Below are positions 1-8,192 of a stretch of DNA of 27,635 bases, piece after piece; within the stretch, counting starts at the first letter, position 1; each line of letters opens with the position of its first letter. The translations under genes and the position numbers were made by a program. Below the pieces are notes generated by a model. The model saw nothing but the letters and a program-made list of their open reading frames with translations. It was not told where the DNA came from and made no database searches. The DNA is taken from NCBI GenBank assembly GCA_031372065.1, contig JANMKN010000066.1:1-27635 (forward strand), given 5' to 3'. Source of the stretch: Abditibacteriaceae bacterium. Its GTDB lineage: Bacteria > Armatimonadota > Abditibacteriia > Abditibacteriales > Abditibacteriaceae.

Positions 1-59
1 TGCGGCACAATCACTTGGTAGCAAGTTGGCTTAGAATAGGTTGATTCTACGGTTTTCTC

Positions 60-84
60 GACTGATTCTACGATAGAATCAGTC
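60..84. terminator. 11-bp perfect hairpin just downstream of the pseudokinase stop; possible terminator or binding site
   Basis: gactgattcta-cga-tagaatcagtc; tgattctacg also occurs as a direct repeat at 42-51 and 63-72; no clear U-tract on the - strand. Confidence 0.35.
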
Positions 85-88
85 ACCT

Positions 89-1672
89 TTATTGCGCCAC
101 GGCAGGCACGTTGCTTTTTAGGCGATTGTATTCGCCTTGAAAGTAGGACATTTTTTGGTTGGCGGCATCAACCGAACGCTTCGCCGAATTCACAGCGGAC
201 TGTGCCCGTGCCGCTTCGGCTTGAGCTTGTGTCAATTGGCCTTGCAATACATCGGCTCTGGCGTCCATGCTCTTTTTGGCGGTTTTGACTTCGTTTTGCA
301 AGCGTTTTGCCTCGCGTTCAGCGCCTTCGGCTTTTTTCTTGGCGCTTTCCAGTTCCGAAAACAAGCCCAAATACATTCCTTTATATTGCTCGACCAAAAG
401 CGACATATAATCGGTCATCAGAACTTTTTTCAAGATGCCGGTTTGCTTGGCCTCGTCGGGAAAGGGCAAAAGTTTGGGCGGCTTGGCGTCGAGATATTTC
501 GCCCGCAGACGGGCCAATTCCTGTGGGTCGGATTTTTGAACCGGCGGTGGTGGTTGCATTCGAATGCCTGCAATCATCAAGACAACAACGCCAATAGCGA
601 TGAAAGCCGACAGCAAACTGCGCCGTTTGGGCGGCGTTTGTGGCGGTGGCGGCGCGGGCGGCGTCCAAATTTCAGTGCCCGGCCTGTTTTCGTCATTGCG
701 CGCTGCTGGAATGAGAGGCGTGCCTTGAAGCGATTGCAAAGGAGAAGCGGCCTCGCTTTGCTGCGCTTGCGCTAAGGGCGCTTGCGCTAAGGGCGCTTGA
801 ACTAAGGGCGTTGGCGCGGGAGATTGCGCCACTGGCGTTTGCAGCAACGGGCTTTGGGCAATCGCCTGCGGCAACTCTAATTCTGGCGCGCTTGATTTTA
901 ACGCGTTCTGCGAGGCGTTAATTGGCGGCGCGGTGCTGGGAGGTTGTAATTGTTGAGGAATTTCAAATTGTTTCGCCGTTTTTGAATCGGAAACTGGCGG
1001 CTTGGCAATGGGCAATGACTCGGCTTTTGGTGGAATGATACTGGTAGCCTCTGGAGTCAGCGAGCGAACTTGCGCTTCGGACGGCTGCAATGCGCGCGAC
1101 AGTCCTTCCACCAAGTGCTTTACCAGATGAAAACGTTGGCGCGGGTCGCGGGCCAAGGCGCGAACCAGCACTTTGTCTACTTCGGGCCGCAATTCGGGAC
1201 GAAGCGCGCCCGCAAAACGTAGCGCTGCCGTGCGGTGCTGATACAAAATATTTTCCGGTTCTTCGTCATCGAAAAGCGGCGCCCCGGTCAGCAATTCAAA
1301 AGTCAGGGCGCCCAACGAGTAAATGTCGCTTTGTGCGTTCGGTTCGCCGCCTAAAGCCTGTTCGGGCGTGTAATAACGCGCGATTACGCGATCTATAGGC
1401 GGTTTATCAGCGGCGCGATATTGCCCGAAATTATCCAGCACCACGCGCCCGTTAGCTTCAAAGCGCACATTACGCGGATTGAGGCTGCCATGAACGCCGC
1501 CCTGCGCGTGCAGGCCACTAATCACCGATGCGATGCTTTGCAGCAGGGCCAAAACGCGTTCCGTAGGCCACGGCGCTGGCTCTTTTTGCAGTGCTTGTTC
1601 CAACGTCAGTCCGGCGAAAATCGAAAAGGGCAGTTGCCCATCGGAAGGTGTCTGAATATTCATAGAATTCAC
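89..1672 (-). CDS. Membrane-anchored Ser/Thr pseudokinase (C-lobe only) with Pro/Ala/Gln linker, one TM helix and C-terminal coiled coil
   Basis: HGSLNPRNV (for HRDLKPxN), LDNFG (for DFG), YYTPEQ, SDIYSLG, ELLTGAPLF; no Gly-rich loop or VAIK; TM LLSAFIAIGVVVLMIAGI; Ala/Lys/Gln heptads at the C-terminus; GTG start abuts the upstream stop (alternative ATG at 1663). Confidence 0.85.
   Translation of the reverse strand: MNSMNIQTPSDGQLPFSIFAGLTLEQALQKEPAPWPTERVLALLQSIASVISGLHAQGGVHGSLNPRNVRFEANGRVVLDNFGQYRAADKPPIDRVIARYYTPEQALGGEPNAQSDIYSLGALTFELLTGAPLFDDEEPENILYQHRTAALRFAGALRPELRPEVDKVLVRALARDPRQRFHLVKHLVEGLSRALQPSEAQVRSLTPEATSIIPPKAESLPIAKPPVSDSKTAKQFEIPQQLQPPSTAPPINASQNALKSSAPELELPQAIAQSPLLQTPVAQSPAPTPLVQAPLAQAPLAQAQQSEAASPLQSLQGTPLIPAARNDENRPGTEIWTPPAPPPPQTPPKRRSLLSAFIAIGVVVLMIAGIRMQPPPPVQKSDPQELARLRAKYLDAKPPKLLPFPDEAKQTGILKKVLMTDYMSLLVEQYKGMYLGLFSELESAKKKAEGAEREAKRLQNEVKTAKKSMDARADVLQGQLTQAQAEAARAQSAVNSAKRSVDAANQKMSYFQGEYNRLKSNVPAVAQ
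763..810 (-). repeat. Intragenic 15-bp tandem repeat (about 3 copies, PLAQA/PLVQA)
   Basis: gcgcttgcgctaagg x2 then gcgcttgaactaagg. Confidence 0.8.
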
Positions 1673-3784
1673 CTATTGGCGTTCAACACGGCGGGTCGCC
1701 AAGTCACTGCGCTGCGCCATGACTTTGCGATGTAGCAAGTGTGGAAAGGCGTAATTAAGTCGCTCACGAACCATTAAAACGGTCCATGTCAGATACAAAA
1801 AGAGGGTGCCGTAGAGCAACAAAATCAACGCGCCCATTTGGGGGTGACATTGCACATCAGCGCCCGGCACTTTGAGGCCGAAATCCGCTAAAAAGGCGGG
1901 CAGGCCTTGAATATTCATCAGCGAACCAAAGGCCCAAAAACTGGGCGTGAGATGACAGATTCGCTCGAACCATTCGTTGCCCGCCGTCATGCCAAAGCCG
2001 CCGGAAAACACGAACAGCGGAATCAGCGTAACCGGCACCAAAGTGATGGCCTGATCGCCGTTTCCGGCCACCGCCGAGACGCCAAGCCCTAAAATCATCG
2101 CGCAAATGCAGGCTAAAATCACGAAAAACAACGTCGGCAGCGAAGAAGCCGGATCAAGAGGCACCTTTCGCGTGACAGCGAATATGAGAATCACACTTTG
2201 CACCGCGCACAAGGCCGCCAGTAACAGCGCCTTGGATGCTAAATAAGGCGTTAATCCCACGCCCACCGAACGTTCGCGGGTGAAAATGCTGCGTTCTTTG
2301 GTCAGTTCTTTGGCCGCGTTGGTCAGGCCCAGCAGCATCGAAATAATAATCAGCCAGAACAAAAACATCGGCGCTTTGATGACCGGCGGCGCGGAATCGC
2401 CTGCCCACATCACTTTTTCCATCGTCTTTGGCCCGAAAACCAGCGACAGCAGCAGCGCCACTACTAAAGGCTGGGCCAGCAAGAATCCGAGATTGAAACG
2501 GTCAGCTTGAAGCGTGTCCCAGTAACGCTGAAGCAAAGTCTGCAACTGCCGCATGGCGCTGAGGCGTTGCTGTCCGGCGCCCAGCGCGGTCAAAACATCG
2601 CGCGCTTTGTCGGGTTCGGGGCCGCCCGCCAGTTCGCGCACATGACGGCGCGGGCCGTGTTTTTCAAAAAGCGGCGAGGCTTTGAATTTTTCTTCCCAAT
2701 AAACCGGGTCGTGCGTGTTGTTTATGGCGTTCAGCACCTGCGCAAAATCTTTGGCTTTGAAATAAGCCAATGCCTCGTCGCGCGTGCCCGCGAAAGCCAA
2801 ACGCCCACCGCTGGCGAGCAAAACCACGCGATTGCAGGCATCAATGCAGCGTTCGGCGTGCGTCACCATGACCATCGTGTGCCCGCGCAGGCTCAAATCT
2901 TTGAGCAGATTGACGAACTCCACTTCAAAATCGGGGCTTAGACCGGTGGTTGGTTCATCCAAAAAAATCAGACCGGGCCGGTTTATCAGTTCGACAGCCA
3001 CATTGACGCGCTTGCGCTCGCCGCCGGACAATGTGCGAACCCGTGCATATTTGCGATGACTTAATTTCAAGTCGTCCAACACTTCGTCCACGCGTTCGTC
3101 TATTTCCTGCGCGCTGATGTCGGGCGGCAAGCGCAATTGCGCGGCATAGCGCAAGACGGCTTCGACTGTTAGTTCCTGATGAACAATGTCATCCTGCGGC
3201 ACATAGCCAATGGCGGCTTTGAACCAACTCAGATTGGCATACAAGTCAACGCCATTGAGGAACAAATGCCCGCTGGTAGCCGGTTCAAAACAAGTAAGCG
3301 CTTTTAATAACGTGGATTTTCCGGCGCCGCTGCCGCCGATGAGCGCCACAACTTCGTTGGGTTCGATGCGAAAATTAATATCGCGCAATGTGCATTTGAT
3401 TTCGCTTTTGCCGCCCAGCCAACGCGGAAACCAAGAAGGCAAAAGGCAAGTCCACGGCCCTTTGTGTTGGCTGATGTTCACCACATCCAGATGCACTTTT
3501 CCGGCGGCATAATGAGTCAGGTGCCCACCAAAAAAAACGAAACGACTCAGGCCAACTTGAAACTCGTCGTGATCTTGCAACGGCTGCGGCGCCGTGATGC
3601 GCTGGCCTTTGAAGAAAGTCCCGTTTTGGCTGTGATCTACCAAAACATAGCCCGCAGGACTGCGTTGAACGACACAATGCAGGCGGGAGACGTGCGGAAA
3701 ATCCAAGACAATATGACATCCTTTGTCTCGGCCCACGGTAATCCGGTCTGTCAGTGCAATACTGCGCGCCGTCGTCAAACTCAT
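1673..3784 (-). CDS. FHA domain-ABC ATPase-ABC-2 permease fusion (Rv1747-like architecture, single FHA)
   Basis: FHA motifs GR...VSRLH...SQNGTF; Walker A GGSGAGKST; Q-loop YVPQDD; signature LSGGE; Walker B IFLDEPT; H-loop VTH; about 6 C-terminal TM segments. Confidence 0.95.
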   Translation of the reverse strand: MSLTTARSIALTDRITVGRDKGCHIVLDFPHVSRLHCVVQRSPAGYVLVDHSQNGTFFKGQRITAPQPLQDHDEFQVGLSRFVFFGGHLTHYAAGKVHLDVVNISQHKGPWTCLLPSWFPRWLGGKSEIKCTLRDINFRIEPNEVVALIGGSGAGKSTLLKALTCFEPATSGHLFLNGVDLYANLSWFKAAIGYVPQDDIVHQELTVEAVLRYAAQLRLPPDISAQEIDERVDEVLDDLKLSHRKYARVRTLSGGERKRVNVAVELINRPGLIFLDEPTTGLSPDFEVEFVNLLKDLSLRGHTMVMVTHAERCIDACNRVVLLASGGRLAFAGTRDEALAYFKAKDFAQVLNAINNTHDPVYWEEKFKASPLFEKHGPRRHVRELAGGPEPDKARDVLTALGAGQQRLSAMRQLQTLLQRYWDTLQADRFNLGFLLAQPLVVALLLSLVFGPKTMEKVMWAGDSAPPVIKAPMFLFWLIIISMLLGLTNAAKELTKERSIFTRERSVGVGLTPYLASKALLLAALCAVQSVILIFAVTRKVPLDPASSLPTLFFVILACICAMILGLGVSAVAGNGDQAITLVPVTLIPLFVFSGGFGMTAGNEWFERICHLTPSFWAFGSLMNIQGLPAFLADFGLKVPGADVQCHPQMGALILLLYGTLFLYLTWTVLMVRERLNYAFPHLLHRKVMAQRSDLATRRVERQ

Positions 3785-4066
3785 GAACGCTACCTTTAAC
3801 GAATCACAAAATCATCTCAAAGTTGCGGCCACTACACCAGCAAAAACGCGCCGGATAAACAGTTGCATCCGATTCGTATGTTTCTATATTTCACTAACGT
3901 CAGCCTCTAACTGCAAGGGAAAAAGCAAAATGACAACTAAAAAGGGCTATATTGTGAATGGACTTCCCAAGTCTGCACGAATGAGAAGACGAATTATACT
4001 TAAAGACGCTGTTTGGCTTTGAGTTTTGTTTGTGTGCCTGTTTGTGATTTTGCGAACCATATTACC

Positions 4067-5977
4067 ATGCGTTGCCTGAATTGCCACTTTGACGGCGTTG
4101 AACCTGAAACTCCCGTATGTCCTTCCTGTGGAGTCGTTTTCGCGACTTTGTTTCGCGATATGCTGCCGCCAAAAACTCTTTTGGATGGGCGTTATGAAAT
4201 CGAATACGTTTTAGGACAGGGCGGCTTTGGCATCACTTATTTGGCGATGCATTCGCAGTTGGGAAAGCGCGTTGCCATCAAGGAGTATTATCCGGCAGAG
4301 CGCGTTGCGCGTAATACCACCACTTGGGGCTTGCTCATCGGCACTAATCAGCAAGCCGATTTTCAGCGGGGATTGAAACGCTTCGTCGAAGAAGGGCAAA
4401 AATTAGAGCAGTTGGAACATCCCAATGTTGTCCGCGTGCGCGACTTATTCAGCGAACGCGGCACGGCCTATCTGGTGATGGAATACCTTTCAGGTCGCTC
4501 GTTGCGCGAGGAATTAAAAGTAGCGGCGGCGCCCGAAAAACAACAAGGGCCATTGCCCGAAGAACGTGTGCGCCAAATCATGGGCGCGCTGGTCGAAGCG
4601 CTGGCAGCGGTGCATCAACAAGGACTTCAGCATCTTGACATCAAGCCCGATAACGTGATGGTTGAAAATTCGGGACGCGTGGTGCTGATTGACTTCGGCG
4701 CCTCGCGGCGCGGTATGGGCACCACCTCGACCCGCGCCTTCACGCAAGGTTATGCGCCGCCCGAATTGACTTCGGAAGCGATGGAAGTCGGCCCGCAGAG
4801 CGATATTTTCGAAATGGGCGTCATGCTGCACGAGTTGCTGACCGGCAACTTGCCCGCGATGGATGTGACCACGCGCCTGATTCGCGGCGAAAAATCGTGG
4901 GCACCTGCCGACATGAGCGAGCCGTGGAAATCCTTGATTGAGCAGTCCTTGCGCTTGGAAATGCAAGCGCGTCCACCCGATATTCACGAATGGTGGCAAT
5001 TGGCCCAATATAAGCCGACGCGCGGCGCCGATGATTGGGCCGAAGTGCAAATAACCGAAGAGGAAGCCCGTTTGGGCGGCCATAAAGCCTATGTGTCGCA
5101 AGGTTTGCAACAAGGCGTGGTGGAAATTCCGCCGCGCACTCGCTCCGGGGCTGTGATAACCGAAGCTGGCAACGGTCTTCCCGGCTTGCATGGTGGCGCA
5201 GCGGGCGACATGAAAGTCAAAGTCATTGTCCAGCGTCCCGCTCGCCCGGCCCGTTCTGCGGGCACGTCGCGTCCTGCTACCCCGCCTCGGCCCGCCGCTT
5301 CCACTCCAAAGGTTGAAAAATCGCCGAAAACCATTCCGGCGTGGGCCATTGGCGCGCTGTTGGTGTTGCTTCTCGTGGTGGGCGGTATTTTATTGAAGTC
5401 ACGCACCGCATCGCCGTCATCTCCAAACAGCAGTGGCAAAACCACGCCAACGGCGGTGCCGGGCAACACGGAAATTGCCTCGCCGACAAAGGCGCCGGTT
5501 GATGTGGCCGCATTAAATAAGCAATTGCTCACTGCCATAGCGAAACACAATGTGCCAGGCGCCAAGACCGCATTGCAACAAGGCGCTTTAATCAATTCCG
5601 CCAATAAAGATGGCGAAACGGCGTTGTTGCTGGCCTCCATTTCCCAACACCCCGCGACAGTGCAGGTTTTATTGGACGCCAAAGCCAACACGCGCCTGAC
5701 CGACTCCGACGGCATCACGCCTCTTATCGCCTGCGCCATGCAAGGCGATGCGGAAACCATGCGCTTATTATTGAAAGCCGACGGCGATTCAAAATTCGTC
5801 AACGCCCAAACCAAAACCAACGGTTATTCGGCCCTGATGCGCGCCAGTGCGCGCGGCGAGGTGAATATGGTGAGGTTATTACTCGCTCAGGGCGCCAACA
5901 AATCGCTAAAATCCAAACGCGGCCTCATGGCGCGCGATTTCACCGACAATGCACAAGTTCTCACGTTGTTGAAATAA
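4067..5977 (+). CDS. Ser/Thr protein kinase with N-terminal zinc ribbon, DnaJ-C-terminal-like domain, TM helix and C-terminal ankyrin repeats
   Basis: ATG at 4067 (MRCLNC...CPSC) preferred over TTG 4013; LGQGGFG, VAIKE, HLDIKPDN, DFG, YAPPE; TM WAIGALLVLLLVVGGILL; ankyrin motifs GETALLLAS, GITPLIACA, GYSALMRAS. Confidence 0.93.
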   Translation: MRCLNCHFDGVEPETPVCPSCGVVFATLFRDMLPPKTLLDGRYEIEYVLGQGGFGITYLAMHSQLGKRVAIKEYYPAERVARNTTTWGLLIGTNQQADFQRGLKRFVEEGQKLEQLEHPNVVRVRDLFSERGTAYLVMEYLSGRSLREELKVAAAPEKQQGPLPEERVRQIMGALVEALAAVHQQGLQHLDIKPDNVMVENSGRVVLIDFGASRRGMGTTSTRAFTQGYAPPELTSEAMEVGPQSDIFEMGVMLHELLTGNLPAMDVTTRLIRGEKSWAPADMSEPWKSLIEQSLRLEMQARPPDIHEWWQLAQYKPTRGADDWAEVQITEEEARLGGHKAYVSQGLQQGVVEIPPRTRSGAVITEAGNGLPGLHGGAAGDMKVKVIVQRPARPARSAGTSRPATPPRPAASTPKVEKSPKTIPAWAIGALLVLLLVVGGILLKSRTASPSSPNSSGKTTPTAVPGNTEIASPTKAPVDVAALNKQLLTAIAKHNVPGAKTALQQGALINSANKDGETALLLASISQHPATVQVLLDAKANTRLTDSDGITPLIACAMQGDAETMRLLLKADGDSKFVNAQTKTNGYSALMRASARGEVNMVRLLLAQGANKSLKSKRGLMARDFTDNAQVLTLLK

Positions 5978-5980
5978 ACG

Positions 5981-7006
5981 ATGCCAACTTCTAAGGCGCC
6001 GAAAATTAGAATTGTCATCTTGCTTTGCATGATAGCGCTGGTTTATGCTTTTGTGCGCTACGAGATACATAACTCCTACGTCAACGGTTTGATGCAATCT
6101 GGGCCAATTCACGCCTCTTTTGAATCGGAAGTATTTGGCCCTCAAGAATCTAAACGCCAACACCAATTTTGGGCTTTGTGGGCGCAACGACAGCAACGTG
6201 ACATCGGGCCTGAATTGGTGCCTTTCGTTAACGACTCTTATGGAGGCATTCAATGGAACGCGGCGCGTGCTTTTGCCCTGCTGGAAGACCCTTCTGGTGA
6301 AAAACCGTTAGTTGATTTACTCAAGACTAAGCCAGAACACTTTGATGAACGGTTGAGAATTGCCCAGTATTTTGCCTTGGGGCGGATTCGTTCTCGCCAT
6401 CAGAAAGGCAAAGCTAAGTTACAGACCATTTTAAAAGAGCTCAATCTGTCTTGGGCAGATGTGGTGCAAATGTCGAAAAAACTCAACACCGATTGGGGCG
6501 TGTATAAATTTCGAAGTTCTGCGGGCTATCAAGTTCTCGTTTATGTGGCGGAAGTGTTGTATGATATGCGACGCCGTGGAGACAATGTTGATAATTTAGT
6601 TGCCGAGGTGACATTGAATAGACAGCAAAAAATCATGTTGAAAGGGGCGACACTTCCGATTGAGAAGGAAACTGACCTTATATTCGATTGGGCGTTTCTT
6701 AATACAGCGATAGACTCCAATGACGAATATCTATATAACAATCATTTCCCCTTGTTAGCGCCAAAAGCTACAAATCATCTGTTAGCAAAAATGAACGATG
6801 TTCTGCGACATCCCGAAAAGTGTCCCGATGTTGAAGCCGCTATACATCAAGAAGCACTGTTTAAAATGGCTCTTGCTACCAATGATAAAAGATTCATTCC
6901 GGTCTTCCGTGAGTTTGAAAAAGGGAAACTCATGGGGCCTATTGCGGGGCGATACAGAATGTATTTGGAAAATCAACTGAAATATGGTTTGCTGAAACCT
7001 TTGTGA
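5981..7006 (+). CDS. Hypothetical membrane-anchored or secreted protein with HEAT/PBS-lyase-like helical repeat
   Basis: 341-aa ORF starting 3 nt after the kinase stop; N-terminal hydrophobic IVILLCMIALVYAFV; ELVPFVNDSYGGIQWNAARAFALL resembles a HEAT repeat; visibly AT-richer than flanking genes. Confidence 0.75.
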   Translation: MPTSKAPKIRIVILLCMIALVYAFVRYEIHNSYVNGLMQSGPIHASFESEVFGPQESKRQHQFWALWAQRQQRDIGPELVPFVNDSYGGIQWNAARAFALLEDPSGEKPLVDLLKTKPEHFDERLRIAQYFALGRIRSRHQKGKAKLQTILKELNLSWADVVQMSKKLNTDWGVYKFRSSAGYQVLVYVAEVLYDMRRRGDNVDNLVAEVTLNRQQKIMLKGATLPIEKETDLIFDWAFLNTAIDSNDEYLYNNHFPLLAPKATNHLLAKMNDVLRHPEKCPDVEAAIHQEALFKMALATNDKRFIPVFREFEKGKLMGPIAGRYRMYLENQLKYGLLKPL

Positions 7007-7015
7007 TTGGTTTGA

Positions 7016-7078
7016 TTCAGATTTCTCTTTGGAAAAAGCGGAAACCTCAGTGAGAGAAGCAGATTTCCCAATCGGCCC
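7016..7078 (+). repeat. Three detached 21-bp units of the repeat family found at 7413-7664
   Basis: ttcagatttctctttggaaaa / agcggaaacctcagtgagaga / agcagatttcccaatcggccc match the array pattern (agatttctc or aaacct, agt, g-gaaa). Confidence 0.7.
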
Positions 7079-7081
7079 ATT

Positions 7082-7237
7082 ATGGCATTGCCCTCGTTCT
7101 TGTTGTGGAATGTGGCAACGGGCAAATTGGAAAAGAAAACGCCCGACACCCACGAAGAAAGCTCGGCTATCTCGCCAGATAGGAAAATGTTGGCGGTTGG
7201 CTTATTACACAGCGCCGATTTGTATCGGATTAAGTGA
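7082..7237 (+). pseudogene. C-terminal fragment of a WD40-repeat protein (51 aa)
   Basis: Manual translation MALPSFLLWNVATGKLEKKTPDTHEESSAISPDRKMLAVGLLHSADLYRIK*; LWNVATGK and SPDxKMLAVG are WD40 hallmarks, but only about one blade is present. Confidence 0.65.
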
Positions 7238-7283
7238 GCATCCACCAAGCGCAGTCAAACTATGCTGCCTGAGACGGAGAATT

Positions 7284-7318
7284 AGGCGGCAGGAGGCAGA
7301 CGGCGGGAAGCAGGAAAA
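7284..7318 (+). repeat. Short degenerate heptamer run (AGGAGGC-like x4-5)
   Basis: aggcggc aggaggc agacggc gggaagc aggaaaa. Confidence 0.45.
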
Positions 7319-7412
7319 GCAGCCCCATTTCGGTCTTTTCCCTATGGCGACGGTGGGATTAGGGGCGAAATTTGGCTTTTTGGGGGCGAAAAGTGGATGG
7401 GGAAGCGAAACA

Positions 7413-7664
7413 TCGGCTTTTCTTAGTGGGAAAGGGCGTTTTCTCACTAAGGGATCGAGTTTTCTCAGTGGGAAAAGCAGAAACCTGAGTCAGGTAGCGA
7501 GATTTCTCACTGAGAAAAGCCGATTTCCTTGTCAGGTAGCGAGAAACCTGAGTCAGGTAGCAAGAAAGCTGAGTGGGAAAACGAGATTTCTTTGTCAGGC
7601 AGCACGATTTCCCAGCGGGAAAAGTAGAAACCTGAGTGAGTTTTCTTGATTTCTTGATGGGAAA
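7413..7664. repeat. Array 1: 12 contiguous degenerate 21-bp units, each with a palindromic 15-bp core
   Basis: Units such as tcgagttttctcagtgggaaa, agcagaaacctgagtcaggta, gcgagatttctcactgagaaa, gcacgatttcccagcgggaaa at exact 21-bp spacing with no indels. Confidence 0.9.
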
Positions 7665-7727
7665 AATGGAATTTTTGGTCGTAACCCTGCCTGTGTGGTA
7701 GGGAATTCATATTTGAGGAGGCCAGAA

Positions 7728-8108
7728 ATGGCAGACATTGCAGTGCCGTATGAGAGGCAAAAGACCGATGCGGATTTGACCGAAATCATTGACCGTTCCG
7801 ACGCGGGCATCAGCGTCTTGGATCAGTTGGGGACAGCCTATCAGAGCTTGCCCGGTTATGCAATGACGGCTTTGCAAGCGCTGAATCAAGAACTAAAAGA
7901 TGACCAGACGTTGCTGGAAGGTTTGATCACACAGATTCTGCCTGTTTTGCAACGCCTTGATGTCAACGCCGCGCAAATGCAGGAACTGAATAAAGGGTTA
8001 TTGCCACTGCTGCGCGGCGCTTTGCTCGGCAAACCGGAAGCCGTGCTGCTTGACCGCATCACCGGCCCAACAGAGCAGGGACATCCGGCTACGCCAACTA
8101 ATCCCTAA
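7728..8108 (+). CDS. Hypothetical 126-aa alpha-helical protein downstream of array 1
   Basis: GAGGAGG at 7715-7721 before ATG 7728; Leu/Gln-rich amphipathic pattern; ends GHPATPTNP; followed by a terminator. Confidence 0.8.
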   Translation: MADIAVPYERQKTDADLTEIIDRSDAGISVLDQLGTAYQSLPGYAMTALQALNQELKDDQTLLEGLITQILPVLQRLDVNAAQMQELNKGLLPLLRGALLGKPEAVLLDRITGPTEQGHPATPTNP

Positions 8109-8137
8109 GACGGAGGCAAGGCAATGACTGAAAATCG

Positions 8138-8174
8138 AACGCGGCGAGAGAATTATTTCTCTCGACGCGTTTTT
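8138..8174. terminator. Intrinsic terminator between the convergent 126-aa gene and tpiA, probably bidirectional
   Basis: aacgcggcgagagaa-ttat-ttctctcgacgcgtt followed by a T run, with an A run upstream. Confidence 0.8.
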
Positions 8175-8192
8175 GTTGGTTTGTCGCTGTTT

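Noticed and set aside
3723..4022. 99-aa ORF in the divergent intergenic region
   Set aside because: Overlaps the ABC gene start, has no RBS or motifs, and the region is better explained as promoter DNA
7029..7649. 206-aa ORF ending in heptad repeats
   Set aside because: TTG start without RBS; overlaps the WD40 fragment in another frame; the repeat continues past its stop. Most likely a by-product of the 21-bp array
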